From Lama glama (lineage: Eukaryota): a stretch of DNA of 64,000 nucleotides. The notes beneath the pieces are model-generated. The model worked only from the letters and a program-made list of their open reading frames with translations. It had not been told where the DNA came from and searched no databases. The position numbers and the translations under genes are program-made. Below are positions 24,515 to 38,920 of the stretch, piece after piece. Location of the stretch: the NCBI GenBank assembly GCA_028534125.1, contig CM052816.1, forward strand, positions 26,290,001-26,354,000, in the 5' to 3' direction. Numbering within the stretch: position 1 is the first letter of the stretch; the number at the start of each line of letters is the position of its first letter.

Positions 24515-25649
24515 TGGGATTTTGCAGGTAGGGGGAGCGTGATGGAGAGACTGGCTGCTGGTAAGCTACTCAGTGTCCATTTCTGAGGAAGGGTGACACA
24601 GTCACATATGTTCCATAACCGCACACCCCGTCCCAACTAGGCTACCCATGCAGGAACTTTCTGTCCTGAAAGTATCCTCTTGCAGATGTTGCACAGCTTT
24701 TGTTACATCGTATCTTAATTTAACGTAATATTTCCCAGAAGAGAGTTACAGAACACTGTAATGTTGATAAAATTGAAGAGACAGCTTAGACCTAGGAGCA
24801 AAACATTTACAGATCACCTCCAGGAGCCTCATCTGTGTACGACTCATCTTTGCCATTGTGTGGTGGTGTCCATAGGCTTCAGTTTTAGAAATATTTTGGA
24901 ATCTTGTCCCCCGTTCCAAGGGCACACAATATTTTGCCTTACATTTTCCAATTTAAAGACACACACGAAACTCTTAGAATAAATGAAATAATAAATGGAG
25001 GGCTTTGTGAAGCTTAGTGGTGGAAATAACATCAAAAAGCATTGTTGGAATAGGACTCAGCACAGTTTTTTAACCTCCATGTGTGTCCTCCAGTTGAGTC
25101 AACTTCAGCCTCCCATTGCTCTTTTCTGCATACCCAGTTTTGCTGTTAGTGGTCTCCAGCTGAAGTTGGCTTGCTTTAGCAGTTGAGTTTTATGCTCTCA
25201 TCTCTGAAGTAATTGCATAGCCCATGGAACTTGGGATACTGCTGAAGTGAGCAATAATGATAAGTTTGTCCCTTGACTAAGTTAAGCAAGCCACCCTATA
25301 GTTTCAGTTTTTGTTATAAATTGTACAAGAAAGAAAAATCCAGGCAGCAATTCTGTAGCTTCATTCTCACGTTGCAAAATGCATGTTAAAATAGAATGTC
25401 TAGCCCTTTATTATTATTCAGATCAGACTTGAAAATGTGAGTTCCTTTAATTGAATAAGTTGAATTTAGTCAGTTAGTGATGGACACTCACCCCCTGTTG
25501 ATGCACAGAAGTCTCCCCCCGTGTTGATGTCCAATGCTATATGCTTTAAGACCATATAGCATTGGACATCAAGTTTACCATACTCCTTTTCATCTTCTGA
25601 ATCCTATAAAGTCAGTGACTCTGTGTGTTGCTCTTTTATTTATGTGACA

Positions 25650-26620
25650 GCCATATATTGAGGCTCTGTCAGGGGCCAGGTGATACTGAAGTAAACAAGG
25701 GGCTCAAGAAAGTTCTTTTGAGGTAGCTTACAAACTAGTTGGGTTGTTGACTACTAAATATTAGTTGACTAATAAATTGATAAACAATGATTTCAGATAG
25801 TGTTAAGTGCTGTGGGGAAAATAAAACAGGTTGATGTTATAGAAAGTGACTGTCACTAGAGAGGGGGTTATTTTAGATTGATTGGTCAGGGAAGGTTGTG
25901 CTGAGGGAGTAAGGCCCCTCTTTGAAAAAGTACCACTTGAATGACTAGAAAGAGGAAGCCAAGTGAAGATCAAGAGAAAGAATTGAGGTGCAGGCAAGAG
26001 CTATGTGCAGACAGCCTTAAAGCAAGAATATTTGGAGTTTTTTAAAAATGAGGCAGGATTTTCACTGGAGAGTGATAAAAAAAAAATCAGATGGAAGAAA
26101 TAGGAATCTGATCATGTCAGTCCTTGAAGTCTCGTTAAAATTCTCCTAAACTGGAAGTCATTGGAGCCTGTTAAGTAGAGATGTGCTCTGATCTGAGTTA
26201 AGCTGGAGAAGGTTGTGATGACCCCTTGGAGACTGCAGCCTGATGGCGGGCTGATGAAGAAGTCCAGGCAAGAGGTGTTGGTGGCTTGAACAAGGAATGG
26301 TGGCAGCACAGAGGGAGAGAAAGTGCATGGATCCGACATGTTGTGAAGTCAGATTCCAAAGGACTTATGATTGGGTGGATGGTGGTGCTGTTTACTGAGA
26401 TGAGGAACACTGGGGAAGTAGCAGGTTGAGGGATGGAGAGTGGGCTCAGGAGCTTTATTTTGAAAATGCACATTTGAGAGCACTCTTAGTTATCTATGGG
26501 GAGATGGCAAGTAAACAAGCATGTACACAAAGCTGGAGTCTGGGAGGTAGGTCACTGTAGCGGTATGTGTTTAAGTCACTGGCATGATGAGATGTTGCAT
26601 AAAGATGAGATACTTTTAAG
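25650..26620 (-). mobile_element. L2 LINE fragment
   Basis: ggtcagggaaggttgtgctgagg...gaagtccaggcaagagg...tttactgagatgaggaacactgg...gctggagtctgggaggtaggtc are typical antisense L2. Confidence 0.8.
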
Positions 26621-28519
26621 TGTTTTCTCTTCATTAATTCCATATCTCTTCTTTTTTTTACTCCATGTCTAGCTTCCTTCATTTTGTATTTTGGTTTCCA
26701 AGCACAGTTCTCTTTGGAAAAGATATATTTTAAGTCAGGAACCTCTTAAAAACTGCTTTTACCCATAAAGCTTTTCCAGGTTGAGTGGGAGCAAAGTACA
26801 AGTGGTGGTTCCCACTGAAGTCCTGATGACAATGTGGTTACTAGGCATTCCTCAAATACCAAGACAGTAGTGTCTAAATACAGGATAACCGGTAATTACC
26901 CATATACTGTGTCTTAAGATACTTGAGTTGGTATTTATGCACCGCTCTGGGTATTTTTTTCAGTGTATCTGTTGCAATATGTGTGTGATCTTTGTAGGTG
27001 GTGACCTGTTTAATTTGCTTTGTGGAGACCAGTACAGTTTCATGTGTGTAAGGAAGTGTAATAAATATTCTTTAACAGAGACAATGATAGATGAACCTAA
27101 ATACATAGCTTACATTTTCAAAAGGGCCTTCAAAATGTTTCCTTTATCAAATGTGAAATCCAATTTATTTTCAGTATGCTTTTATGTTGAGTTGTTGATA
27201 GTTTCTATTAAAATTTTGTAAAGTAAAAAGTCTTTCATTCCCACACTTAGAGGAACAGAATTGTTTTTAGGTTATTTTCTAAAACAGTCACTTACCTACT
27301 TTATCAAGTAACGACTTATTCTATCTAAATCTGTAGGAAAAAAAAAGTACTGTATCACCTGTGTATTTTTATGCAGTTGAGCAGAATGACAGATTTTTTC
27401 CCACGTTTTATATTTCATATTTATTATTCAGTCCTCCTTGTTCTACTCCCCTGCTTCCTCTTTGTTGCATATCTTAATGAATATATTATGGATGGTAATT
27501 TTGTAATTAAAAAATTAACAAACAGGATTTCAAACATACTACAAAGTACACACCATTTTTAAGCGGTCTCCCTGCCCACCTGCTTACTTACAAGGCTTAT
27601 CTAATATGATATCCATGAAGAATGATTGGGCAGTCAGGAATTTAGTACAAATTTCAGCTGAGACTGCTGATGTAGTAAGAATTAGCTAAAGCAAATATAA
27701 ACAAGTAAAAGACTTCATTTGCAGGAGCACGCATTTCAGCCATGGCACATCATAATGCCACACGAGGTGGTGGCAGCAGAAGTAAAATGCAATGAGGCCA
27801 AGCCATTCTGCGAAACAGATCATTTGATTTACAAATAAACAGTCTGGTCTGATGACCTCCAAAGAGTTCCTGGGTTTTAGAAACTTTATGGGACATACAG
27901 TATGTAAAACCATTGCATTTATTACACATTTTACTTGCAGCTGTCGTAAGAACACTGGAAATGTTCCAGTCTAGCAGTGGAAGGAACTGAAGTCAGGGTA
28001 GACATTCTGAAAAAGATTTGGAGTTATATGGCCTGAGGGCAGCAGAACATTTGAGTTAAGAGCCTGCATCTGAAGATCTGCTTTTAAACCTTGTCTTTTT
28101 TTTTCCCCCATGTATAGAAAGAGTCGCTCTGTGCCCTTTAACCTCATTGACTCTGGTACATGCTAGATGGAGTGAGAGTGCTAGCCCTCACTTCACAGGG
28201 CTGTGTGATGGTTAGGTTAGATATTGCAGTGAGTTGCTCATCGCAGTGCTGCACACGTAGCAAATACAGATATTTATTATTAACATCATTAATATATTGA
28301 CTGGGTAGTATAAGAGGCAGGACTTTGAAAATGACCATAAAACTTGTGCTATGAGAAAATATTAAAAACTCCAGGCAAGAGGTATTTTTTTTTGTCCATA
28401 TAGGGTTGAAATGTTTTTGTTTGTTTATTGCAGACTGGCCACTTGAAAATTTTCTTCACTGCCACCAAAATTATACTTTTTTCAATTAATACTTATCCAT
28501 CCTTTCGATTTATTAAGAA

Positions 28520-29290
28520 AGCCCAAGCATTTATTCCATGCCTTACCTGTGCTAGCGATAATCCAAAAAAAGAACAGGGCAGAATTTCTGTCATTTAGAA
28601 ATTCAGAGTCATGGAAGTAAATTATTTGAGTAGTATGATAAATGATCTAATTTAATACAAAGTTTTACAGGAACTCAGAAAGTCAAGAGCTTAATTCTGT
28701 AAAAGGAGGTAAAGAGAACTTTGCAAAGGAAGTGATATTTAAGTTGAATGTTGGGATTTGTCTGGTATACAAGAAGGAAAAAGGACCATTTCTGGTTGTG
28801 AAAATATTACATGCAGAGGTGAAAATAAAGTGCTGATGCCTTCAAAAAACTGCCCTTTGATATAGCTGGAGAGTCAGGTGGGAAAGGAGGAAGGTCCCCC
28901 TGGAAACGCAAGGACAGATGGTGCTATGATCACAGGTTTTTAACTCTGTCCCGTAGGCACAGAGTTAAAAAGTAAAAAAGGCTAAGCCACTAAAGGGCTT
29001 AAGCAGAGCAGAAACTTGATCAGTATGGAATTTTGGCAAGAGCACACAGGCCACCGGGTAATCTTGCATTGGATAGACAGAGCTAAAGAAAGAGGAGGAC
29101 GAGTTGAAGGGTGTAGGTGAGAGAGAGTTCAGGAGAGTGTAAGCTCGGGCTGTGGTGGGCGAGGAGAATGGGTATTGGGATGCATTCAGAGAGGAAATGG
29201 ATGGGACGCGTTCTTTAGCTATGATGTTTGAAGGAACACAGGGGGTCATAGATGTGGCTTTCATCGTTGGGCACACGTGCAACAGGTTGT
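28520..29290 (-). mobile_element. L2 LINE fragment, decayed
   Basis: catttattccatgccttacctgtgctag...ggaagtgatatttaagttgaat...aagccactaaagggcttaagcag. Confidence 0.6.
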
Positions 29291-30290
29291 AGGAAAAACA
29301 GTTTCATTAAAATCTGTTTTTATCTCATTCCTTTTTAATTTTGATTTTTGTGTTTTATAATACATATAATATACTAAAAAGCAATAATGTGAATAATACC
29401 TATAAACATATGTTTATAAAATTATACGTTCAGAACTTTTTACTGATAATGATACATAATGAAAAAGGTGTAGAGCTCATTACCCTGGTAAAACCTCTGT
29501 GCTTGGATAAAATTGGTGCTATTAAGGGAAACGTTTTTCCAATTACCGTTCTAAAAGCTAGGCAGTGTATTTTAAAGAGTTTACTCTCCATTCCCTCAAA
29601 GGCTTACAGTCTAAAATAGGCATCTCTAACTTTTTACTTGTCTTATTGTGTAATGTGGACAGTAAGAAGGACAGAATCTTTTCTCCTTTGCCTACAGCCT
29701 GGCTCTTATTATAAACATCAACCTAATACTAATGAAACTGAAATTTAATGACTTTTTCCCTCTTAACTCAGTGTTTTGCCAGGCAAAGAGCTGTACATTT
29801 GGACACAAGCATAAAGAACTGAACCAACACAGATATTAAGTGAATAAACTATCAATTTATATGCACATTAGCTAGTGGAGTAGCAGAGACAAGCCTTAAC
29901 AACCTCAATAGTATGACTCAGGATGGTGGGATGGACAATACTGCCAGGATTTAAGTTGGTAAGTTTAAGAGGAAGGGAGGATATCGCTGGGGAAGACTCA
30001 GAGGGAGACAGGGCTCTGATGGTCTGCTAAATGAGATTCAGAGGAAAGAGGAAGGGGATCGGCTGAGGCTTGTGGAGGATAAAACCTGTAATTTAGATCT
30101 AATCACCCCCTCTCCTCTACGTCCATAGTTTTCTTCTCTTTCCCTCTTGAGTTTTGTTTTTGTTTTTTTTTTTGCCTTGAAACAACAATCAACTTCTGAC
30201 TTAGCCCACTTCAAAAGGAGTCATAGTAGAGGGGGTCCAAACCACTGGGAATTTCTGGGTTCAGTTTGCTGATAAAAGTCATAATAAAAG

Positions 30291-30294
<4 letters not shown>

Positions 30295-30342
<48 letters not shown>
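30295..30342. repeat. Perfect (AT)24 microsatellite
   Basis: Read directly from the sequence. Confidence 0.95.
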
Positions 30343-30345
<3 letters not shown>

Positions 30346-33031
30346 GGAGGAAAGTTTTAAATAGAACAAAAATTGGATGGCATTGTCAGAAAATAAAGAA
30401 GCGCTTTCAACTGGGTATTGAAAAAAAAAAAGCATTAGGCCAGATTATTCAAGAAGCTTGAAATCTAGCTCAGGACTCTGAGAAGACAGTGAAATAGTCA
30501 ATAGTTGGCTGAGCACAATGGTGCAGGAAGAAAAGTGCAAAGGTACTTTGTCTAAATGACTACATGTATGAAAACCTGAATAGAAGAATTCATCAAGGTA
30601 CCAGATCAGAAATATACACTGAAAATACCCACTCTACAAGCTTTTCTCAGAAAGGAAGTGTTGGGGTGTCAGGATCCAGTTCCATCAGCCTTCTTTCAAA
30701 ATACAAGCCTTGGACGGAACAGTCTGAGCTGCCCTGACATAGAGTTAAGATTTGCTGAATGTATTAAATGCGAAGAAAATTCAAGTACCTCTTGACCAAA
30801 TCAACTAACATGAGAATGTCAGGAGTAGATGACCCCATTTATGTGTAAATAGACATTTAAGTTCATACTCACAAAAATGAGAACATTATCAGGGAGTTCA
30901 GAGAAGAAATGGTGAAATATTAGGAGCTCATTACTTTTCAGAGTAATACACAGCTCCTGGGGGAGAAAGTTTGACAAACTAGGCAACAGATGCTCAATAC
31001 ACTGCTTGCTAAATTTTAAATTTCACTCAGAGCTGCACCTAGGGAAATGAAAAGAAAAAAAAAAAAGGAAAAATCCTGTTTTAAAAGGTGATCAGGTATA
31101 ATTGATGTTAAGAGGTATCCAACATAGCTGTATCCTCTGGCAAAGGAGGCAACAGAGGTTAGTTTGAGGATTTGAAATCCAACTCACAAGAGACAATCAA
31201 AATGTTTTCAGACCTTAGGCAGGGGGCAAGACAAATGCCCAGGAAGTGCTTTTCTGGTGTATTCAGCCTCCCCGTAAACAGTGAGGTTGTTGATGCTGCC
31301 AGAATTTGAGAAGCAACAGAAATGTGAGCTTTAAGTGGGTGGAGCAGACTCTAATTTCCATCAGCAAATTGAATTATTTTCATGTAAAGAAATAAATCAA
31401 CCCAGCATCTCTTCTGATGCTTCCAAGAAAAGCCTTCAAGATCATGTATCTTAACGTAAAGAGATAGCTGTCCATATCAGAGGCTGTAATAAGCATCATT
31501 ATGAACTCATTAAGATCCATCCTACAAAGAGAGGATAGACATTTTGTGCCCATGAGATATTTCACAATGCAATGCATGAACTACCTGATTTTTAAATAGA
31601 AATTGATCTTACCCCTCCCATGATAGTGACATCAGCCAAGAATTAAATGTCATATTTCCATGAACACAGAGATTGATTTTTAAATTGCTGTCTGTATGAG
31701 ATATGATTAACACTTCTGTGCAAGCTGAGAGGCACAAACTCAGGTGCAAATTCAAGTGGAAAATGCTGTGCCATTATGGTAAGTGTTGATTCATGTCAGA
31801 TTAGTGATCACAGTGCTACCCGTCCCACCGAATACTCCAGACTATAAATACGCAGTGGGCAAATTATTACTGGCTCCTGGGCAAGATGTTCATCTGAAAC
31901 ATGCAGGTGGTGCCTGACATCCATTTCAACATGAAGAAAATATGCTAGGGGTGCTAGATATCACACTGGTAATAAGCCTCGTTCTCTCAGTGACTCAACT
32001 GCTCCCTCACTACCAGTAGACAATATAGAGAATCAGCGCTTAGTCTGCTCGTTTACCATGCTAGCATTTAGAAGGGTTTTCATTTGAGTAAATTGCCTTT
32101 TCAGTGTACTAAATTGTACCTGGGAGACTGGAAATAGTGAACACAGCTTCCCCAAAGTGTCTCCTTGATAATCGGGTGGTAACCAAGACATTAAAAGAAT
32201 GTGGCTCTACTGAAGAGCAGTGCAGCCAGATAGTCCATAGAGACTCTGTCCAGTTGCCATGTTTTTCCCGCCACCTGGGAACAAGGAGGGCCACCTGTCT
32301 GTTCATTCATTTCTTCACTGACTCCAAGTGTAGTGCTGAAGCATGGTTCTACAGCTACACTACCAGTGTTGTATCCTGGCATCATTGAAAGTGGGGGCAA
32401 GTTATTTATCCTATCTGTGTCTCAGTTTTCTCAGCTGTTAAATAGAAATAAAAAATATATCCCTGAATGAATTATATTTAAAATTAAAGTAGTGAACATA
32501 TGTTAGGCTCTTTGAGCATCATGTTTGCTGTGTTAGCAAAGATTTATTGTATACCAATTACATATATCCCCTGACAAAGCATAGTCCCTGTAAATCACAG
32601 TAGATTTACTTTTAGTCATGATATCTATACCTTCTTTCATTTAAGCTTCTTAACAGTGTAAGTAAAATTCAGAAATGTGTATAAATAAATGAGTTAGCCT
32701 ACCTCTGTGTTAACATTTTATTTGATGATAATTTGGAAGGGAGAGAGAAGTAAAGATGGTATCTTATAGCCAAGTAAAAGCTCTTCCTAGTATTTAATTT
32801 TCTCAAACAGTTGTAAAGATTCCAACTTTATGGACTATGAAGAGTCATGTGAGGGGGAGAAACAGTCCCCCTTGTGTTGTTCAATAATAATGCTAATTTT
32901 GTAGCTAAAGAACAAGTGGGAATCATGAAAATCTTCCTCAGTTACAATCACCCAGCCCATATATCTTACTTTTGTCTCTTCATTATCTCTGGTCTTACAT
33001 CTTTGGGTTTGTGAGTATCTTTGTTCCTGCA

Positions 33032-33545
33032 GTATCATTGAGGATTCTTTCTATTGCAAGAGGCAGAAATACCAACTCAAGGAAAGAGAATTTACTGACT
33101 TAGGTGCATGTGAAGGCTGAGGGTTAGGTGGGTCAAATGCAGCTCAGATAATATCACCAAGACTCCAGCTTTTTGCTTCTTTCAACTCTGTTCTCCTCCA
33201 TGTAGGCTTCATTCTCAGGCTCCACACGGTGGCAGAAATAGTGGCCAGCAAATTTAGGCCTACAGCCTCCCAGATTTGAGTCCAGCAAGAAAGACACTGT
33301 ACCGCTCTCTCAACAGTATCACCAGAAGTGCTGTTGCCTCTGGTCAGTTTCTTGGACCTCATGTCACTCTGAACCAGTCTTGGTGGTCAGAGAAAGCAAA
33401 TCTTTGGGTGCCAAGTCTGAGTCACATAGTTGCCTCTGGAGCTGACAGTGAAATGAATTCCATATGAAGCACAAATCGTAGGAGAGATGTAAGGAAAATT
33501 TACACAGAGGAAGATGAGTGTGTTATCATCAGGTGAATGGGCAGC
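33032..33545 (-). mobile_element. MLT1J-like LTR
   Basis: gtatcattgaggattctttctattgcaagaggcagaaa...ggcttcattctcaggct...catgtcactctgaaccagtc. Confidence 0.65.
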
Positions 33546-34574
33546 AGAAACAACACTGGATCACTATTCCTATCCTGTAGCTCTGATCCCACCACATCCA
33601 TTCTCAGAGCCCCAAATGATCCTTTTTGCCTCTTGCATAAAATCCGAAGTCTGTATGTGGTGTGCAAGGCTTTTGGCCATCCTAATTTATTTCTTCCCAC
33701 CCCACCTCTTGCATTCCAGGCTCCAGGTTATTTTCAGGGTGTCTCCATTCTCTTTTGACTTTTGACTTCCTGTCTCTCCCATCCATCTTACTGATGTTCT
33801 TTATATTATTAGAGTCCAACTCAAATGCTGCCCCACAACAAGCTGGTGAAGTCAGGATTGTTATCTTCATTTTATAGAAGAGGGCGTGGAATTGCAAAGA
33901 GGGTCAGGAACTTGCCTGAGTACAGGTTCTCGCCAGGCACTCCGGATCCAGAGTCCTTTTTAACTGTACTCTCTCCCCAGTGAAAGTACGATGGACACTT
34001 TGATGACGCTGTATCCTACATCAACATCAGATACATCAATGCATGTGTATGGTGGAGAGAAATGTGTTATATTTTGAATTTTGTTTATGCTGAATTTTTT
34101 TTTTACAAGGACGTGATATTTCTCATTGATAAGAGTATTTTCTTCCTGTCTTGGCTACAATTTGTAACATTTTACAGTCAAGCATATTATTGAGAGCTCC
34201 ACCTAGGTTTTGAAAAACATAGGCTCGGTCAATATTTTAAAACTTCACTATCTCAGTAATTTGAGTTTAAAGGTGAAAAGCATTGTATCGATGTGTTGAA
34301 AGCTCATTTGATGCCAGTGTTAGGTATCTAAAGTCTAAGGTAGATGGCATAGTCCACAGTCTCAGGTTGCTTGTTGCCTAGTTAAAGAGGCTGATTGTAA
34401 ACAAATTCAGCATTGTTGAGTGTTGGTCTTAGAATTTGAAGAAGGTAGTCGATTTTAGCTTTTTTTTTTTTTTTTTTGGCTTGGAAGGAGGTTCCAACAG
34501 CCACCACCAAGATTTAAAAATGCCTTCACTCTTGTAGATGAATGGATCATTATCATAATAATACGCTTAACACT

Positions 34575-35240
34575 TAGTCATCTTCCCACTCAACAACTAT
34601 TTCATGCTCTCTGCTCTGTGTTGGGTATAAAATGGTGAACAGAGTAGACATGGTTGTTGCTGTCATGGCGCTTCCTTGTAGGAGGAGGACGTTAAATAAA
34701 AACCCAGCTGAGTTGATCATTGAACACACTATGAGATTTGCTGTTAGGGAGTAGAGCTTGAGAGCAGGAACAGAGAATAACCAAGAAGCCGTAAATATCT
34801 GGGAGTCATTGGTTGTCTGGGAATTGCTTTTCAATCTGTCCTGAAGAAAAGAGCCAGGAGACCAGCATTCCACAGGAAGGGATGAAAGAGAAGGTGCTGA
34901 TACAGTAAGGAATTCGGGATATTCAAGGAAGGTCAAGATCTTCAGAGCAGGATCTTGGTCAGGTGAGTGGCTGGAGATGAGGCTAGAGGGGGAGGAAGAG
35001 TTTGGAATATCAGGCCTTACAGCTGTGGGAAGAAGCATGGATTTTAAGGGCAGTGAGAAAACCACTCACTTTGAAGCAGGGTTATATATTCAGGTTTCAG
35101 CAGCATTATTTGGGGTGCCATGAGAAAGCCCACCAAACTTGCCAGTTGGGAGTGTGTTTCCAGTGGGGTTAGAGGTGGACATGTTGAGAACTGTTTCAGA
35201 GGTGGTATCAAGAATGATGTCCAGCTTCTCATCTTTAGCT
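34575..35240 (-). mobile_element. L2 LINE fragment
   Basis: cactcaacaactatttcatgctc...atggtgaacagagtagacatgg...gattttaagggcagtgagaaaaccact...ttgaagcaggg. Confidence 0.7.
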
Positions 35241-37082
35241 ACTAGAAAGTTCAAAATACTAAAAATCATCATCGAGTCAGATCCCTTCCTGCCTCCATGT
35301 TGTTTTCCTTATAATTTCAGGTTGAGAACCAACTGGAGAAACAGATGCTGTCTGTACTGAGAGGTGTCTGTTCCAAGTCCTGACATTCCTGGCAGTCTGC
35401 ATATTAGAATGGTCTCAGTGCTCCTGTCTTGACCATCCCTCCAGGAAATTCTGTCCCCAGGCTTTCTCCACAAATGTTAGTTCTGTCCTCTGAAGCACTC
35501 AGCCTTTTATCTCCTGGCTAGTTTCTCTTTGCCTTGTAGGAACAGATATGTAGAACCCGTGTTTTAAGCACTATGCTGAACTTTTTCATCATGTATTCTT
35601 TGTACAAAGGACTCATAATCTTTTTGCCATTTTCCTGATTTTAGACATGAAGATTGTGGATTTCTGTTGGTATGTCTGAGAAATTCTAATTTCATTTTAA
35701 GGAGAAATGATTGTGATTAGGTACTCTCAGTAGCATCTACTTCTTGTATAACCTGTTCTGACCTTATAAGAGTGTAAGATTGTGAGAGGATTGTTAATAT
35801 TTCCCAAATTGTGAGGTTTACAAATCTCTCTCCTGTACACTGTTAGCTCTAGATTATGTCAGTAATACTTAGAGGTAGACATTATTATTACCACTGTTAT
35901 GCAAGACACTTGAAACTTAGGAACTGAGTGAACTGCCCAGTATTACACAGCTGGCAGATGCTGCAGGTCTCACGTTCATGGCCGATTCCATGTTTTTACT
36001 TTTTGTCTTGTTACAGAAACTTATTTACTGTAAGAGGCAAAGAGGTTATGTTTTGAGATATTTTGCTACATTCTATTTGGATATAAAGTTATTTGTATCA
36101 TGGCCTCCAGAACTGTTTATAGCACGTGCTCTAATGGTTGCAGAGCCAGTCATTCATTCAGAGCATTAGAGAGAAGCACTTAATGCCTAGAAGGGTTAGT
36201 TTTCTCTGCAACAAGAACACCTCTGTTCCAGAAACAGCAGTCTTCACTCTTCAAGCAACTTATAAATCTATTTCTTAAGTTACTTCAGGAAATAGGAAAG
36301 GAGTATATAGGCTGTGTACTCCTGGGAGCAAAATTCTGAGTACAAGCTCTGCAGCCAGTAGGTCAAACAGTTCTATTTTCATTTAGCAAAGGCAGCAGTT
36401 TCTCTACCAAATGCCATGGCCACCCACATCAAGTCAAGGAAACACATACCCCGTTCGGATGGCCTCTGATGGACAGTGCAGAGCATTGCTCCAGAAAAAC
36501 CCATCCACCCTCTTCCAATGGGAATGTACATTCTTTTTCATATTCATGTTTTCAAAAGCATGTTGCATGAAAACAAGTAGTCTTTGGAGATAAAGTGACA
36601 TTTTGTGGTAGCTCCATACATTTTGGTTATTACTGCAGTTAAAAACTTACTTTAATGTTATATTTTGAACAACATAAAAATGTACAGATGAGAGTCTCAC
36701 TCTGAGATGTTGCAAATGAGGCCCATAGAGATGATGTGATCTGCCCAGGGGAGATGGCTGGGCAAGAACTGAGTCCAGGCATTCTGAGCTCCACTTCAGT
36801 AGCCAGGAAGGGTTAGAGTACGCAGCAATGATGGGTATATATTAATGGAGGGAAAACATGCATTAGCTCCTCAATTACCAAATAAGTGGGCAAACCTGGG
36901 TGGTCTCTTCATTTCTTATTCTTTAAGATTTTATATATAATCCAGTTTGTATCCCCCCTGAAATATCCAAGTTAGATTGAGATGAGGTGTTTTTAGATAA
37001 GTCAAGACTATTTCAGGAAAGTTCACCCTGGGGCAAGAGTCAAGCATAATACTCTAAGGAGGGCTACTGGTTGTCACCTGTT

Positions 37083-38920
37083 GTGATGGTTAGTTTTTAT
37101 GTGTCAGCTTGGCTGGGCTTTACTAGCCAGTTATGTAATCAAACACTAATCTAGGTATGTCTGTGAAGGTGTTTTTTAGATTTCAGTATATCTATCTGTC
37201 TATCCGTCTGTTCATCCATCCATCCATCCATCCATCCCATCCTGTTGGTTCTATTTCTCTGGAAACATAGACTGATACAGATCTTCCTACTGAAAGTGGT
37301 TCTAGAGGAATGGAATGTTAAGGATGTGTTTTCTAAAATAGTTCTGTAGTTTCTGAAATTGTATCTTTAATTTAATTAGGTTCAAAAACAGTAATGATTA
37401 TTTCCAGTTGTAAAGAGTGTACTAATGACCCACTGTATAATATGGCATTAGAAATATATACAATATCACCATCAGGTGTACCTAATCAAAAACTCATAAA
37501 AGGCAGGGTTCTGGGTGCTGCTACTTCTCTTCTACCTCAGTGAAATATCTAGAGGTCCAGTGGTGTGGGGTCTGTCGAGATATCTTTTCTAAAGTAAAGG
37601 TTAATTGTTTGCATCTGATCCCTCCTGCAACCCGAAAAGTGGCACAAGGCCTAGGAGGCCTTTTGCACTCGGGAGGCAACATATTTCTCATTTGAGAAGG
37701 CTTCTCTGGCCTGTTTACCAAGTGACCTGGAGAGCTGCTAGTTTTGAGTTGGACCCAGTATGAGAGAAGGCTCTGCATCAGGTCCAGGATGCTGTCTAGT
37801 CCAAGCCCGCAGACCCAGTCCGTGGAGCTTGAAGCAGCAGTGCCAGGTGGAGATGCTCTTTGGAGCCCTCGCATACTCCTATAGGTGAGTCACACCATAG
37901 GCCTTTATTAGGATTTTAGAGCAAAGCCCTATCATCCTCTGTGCATAACTATTCTCCTTTTAAGAAACAACTTTTTTCCTGTAACTGGGCCTTAGTAGAG
38001 GCTGAATGCTTAACCATGGGCCACCAAGTTATCATGTGACTTGAGCTGCCCACCATGAACTGGGTATTATCTGACCTGCCAAACTGTAAATCTGGGTTCA
38101 CACAGCAAAAGTCCACCATCAAATAGGAATGGTAAATATGAGAATGGACTTGCGCAGGCCCTGCTGGCACAAAGAATTTACATGAGGATGTGGCCCGAAT
38201 GTCTGTGGTCCCCATTCCTGTTACAATATTTTCTCTTCCTCAGTACACCTGTAGCCTTATGGAGAGTTCCCCATGACCAATGACTGAGGAAGGGAATATT
38301 TGGTTCTAATTTATAGATAGCTTTGCACAATGTACAAGCACCACACAAAAGTGGACAGAGATAGCACTATAGTGCCTCTCTGGGACATTCCTAAAGGACA
38401 GTGTTGAAGGGAGATCCTCCCCGGGGCAGAAATTCAAGAAGTATAATTGCTTGTTTATTTTGCTTGGAGGGAGGAATGGTAGACGGAGGAATGGTAAAGG
38501 GATGAGTGTAAATCAATCCATGGACTGTAGCTAATCATTTGGTGGAACATTCAGACACTTGGAAGGAACGTGATTGAAATATTGGTGACAAGGAGGTCTG
38601 GGGAGACGATATGTGTATAGACCTCTCAAAGCAGGTAAAAAATATGAAGATATTTGTGTCCTGTGTGAATGCTCACCAAAGGGTAACCTCAGCAGAGGAG
38701 GATTTTTAATAATCAAATGGATAAGATGACATGTTCTGTGGATACCAGTTGGCCTCTTTTCCCAGCAATACCTGTCATCACCATTGAACAAAGTAGCCAT
38801 CGTGTCAGGGATGGCAGGGATTTTGCATGGGCTCAGCAAGACAAGTTTCCACTCACTAGGGTTTACCTGGCTGCAGACACCACAGAGTGCCCAATCTGCC
38901 AGCAGCAGAGACCAGCACTT
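37083..38920 (+). mobile_element. ERV-L endogenous retrovirus remnant: MLT2 5' LTR (37083-37279, internally deleted), leader, then pol (RT end, RNase H, start of integrase)
   Basis: LTR tgtgatggttagtttttatgtgtcagcttggctgggc...gactgataca. Pol remnants VKYLEVQWCGVCRDIFSKVK, IFVSCVNAHQRVTSAEEDF and ORF 38717-38929 (MDKMTCSVDTS...FPLT..LAADTTECPICQQQRPAL) match ERV-L pol, including the integrase zinc finger. Many stops. Confidence 0.88.
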
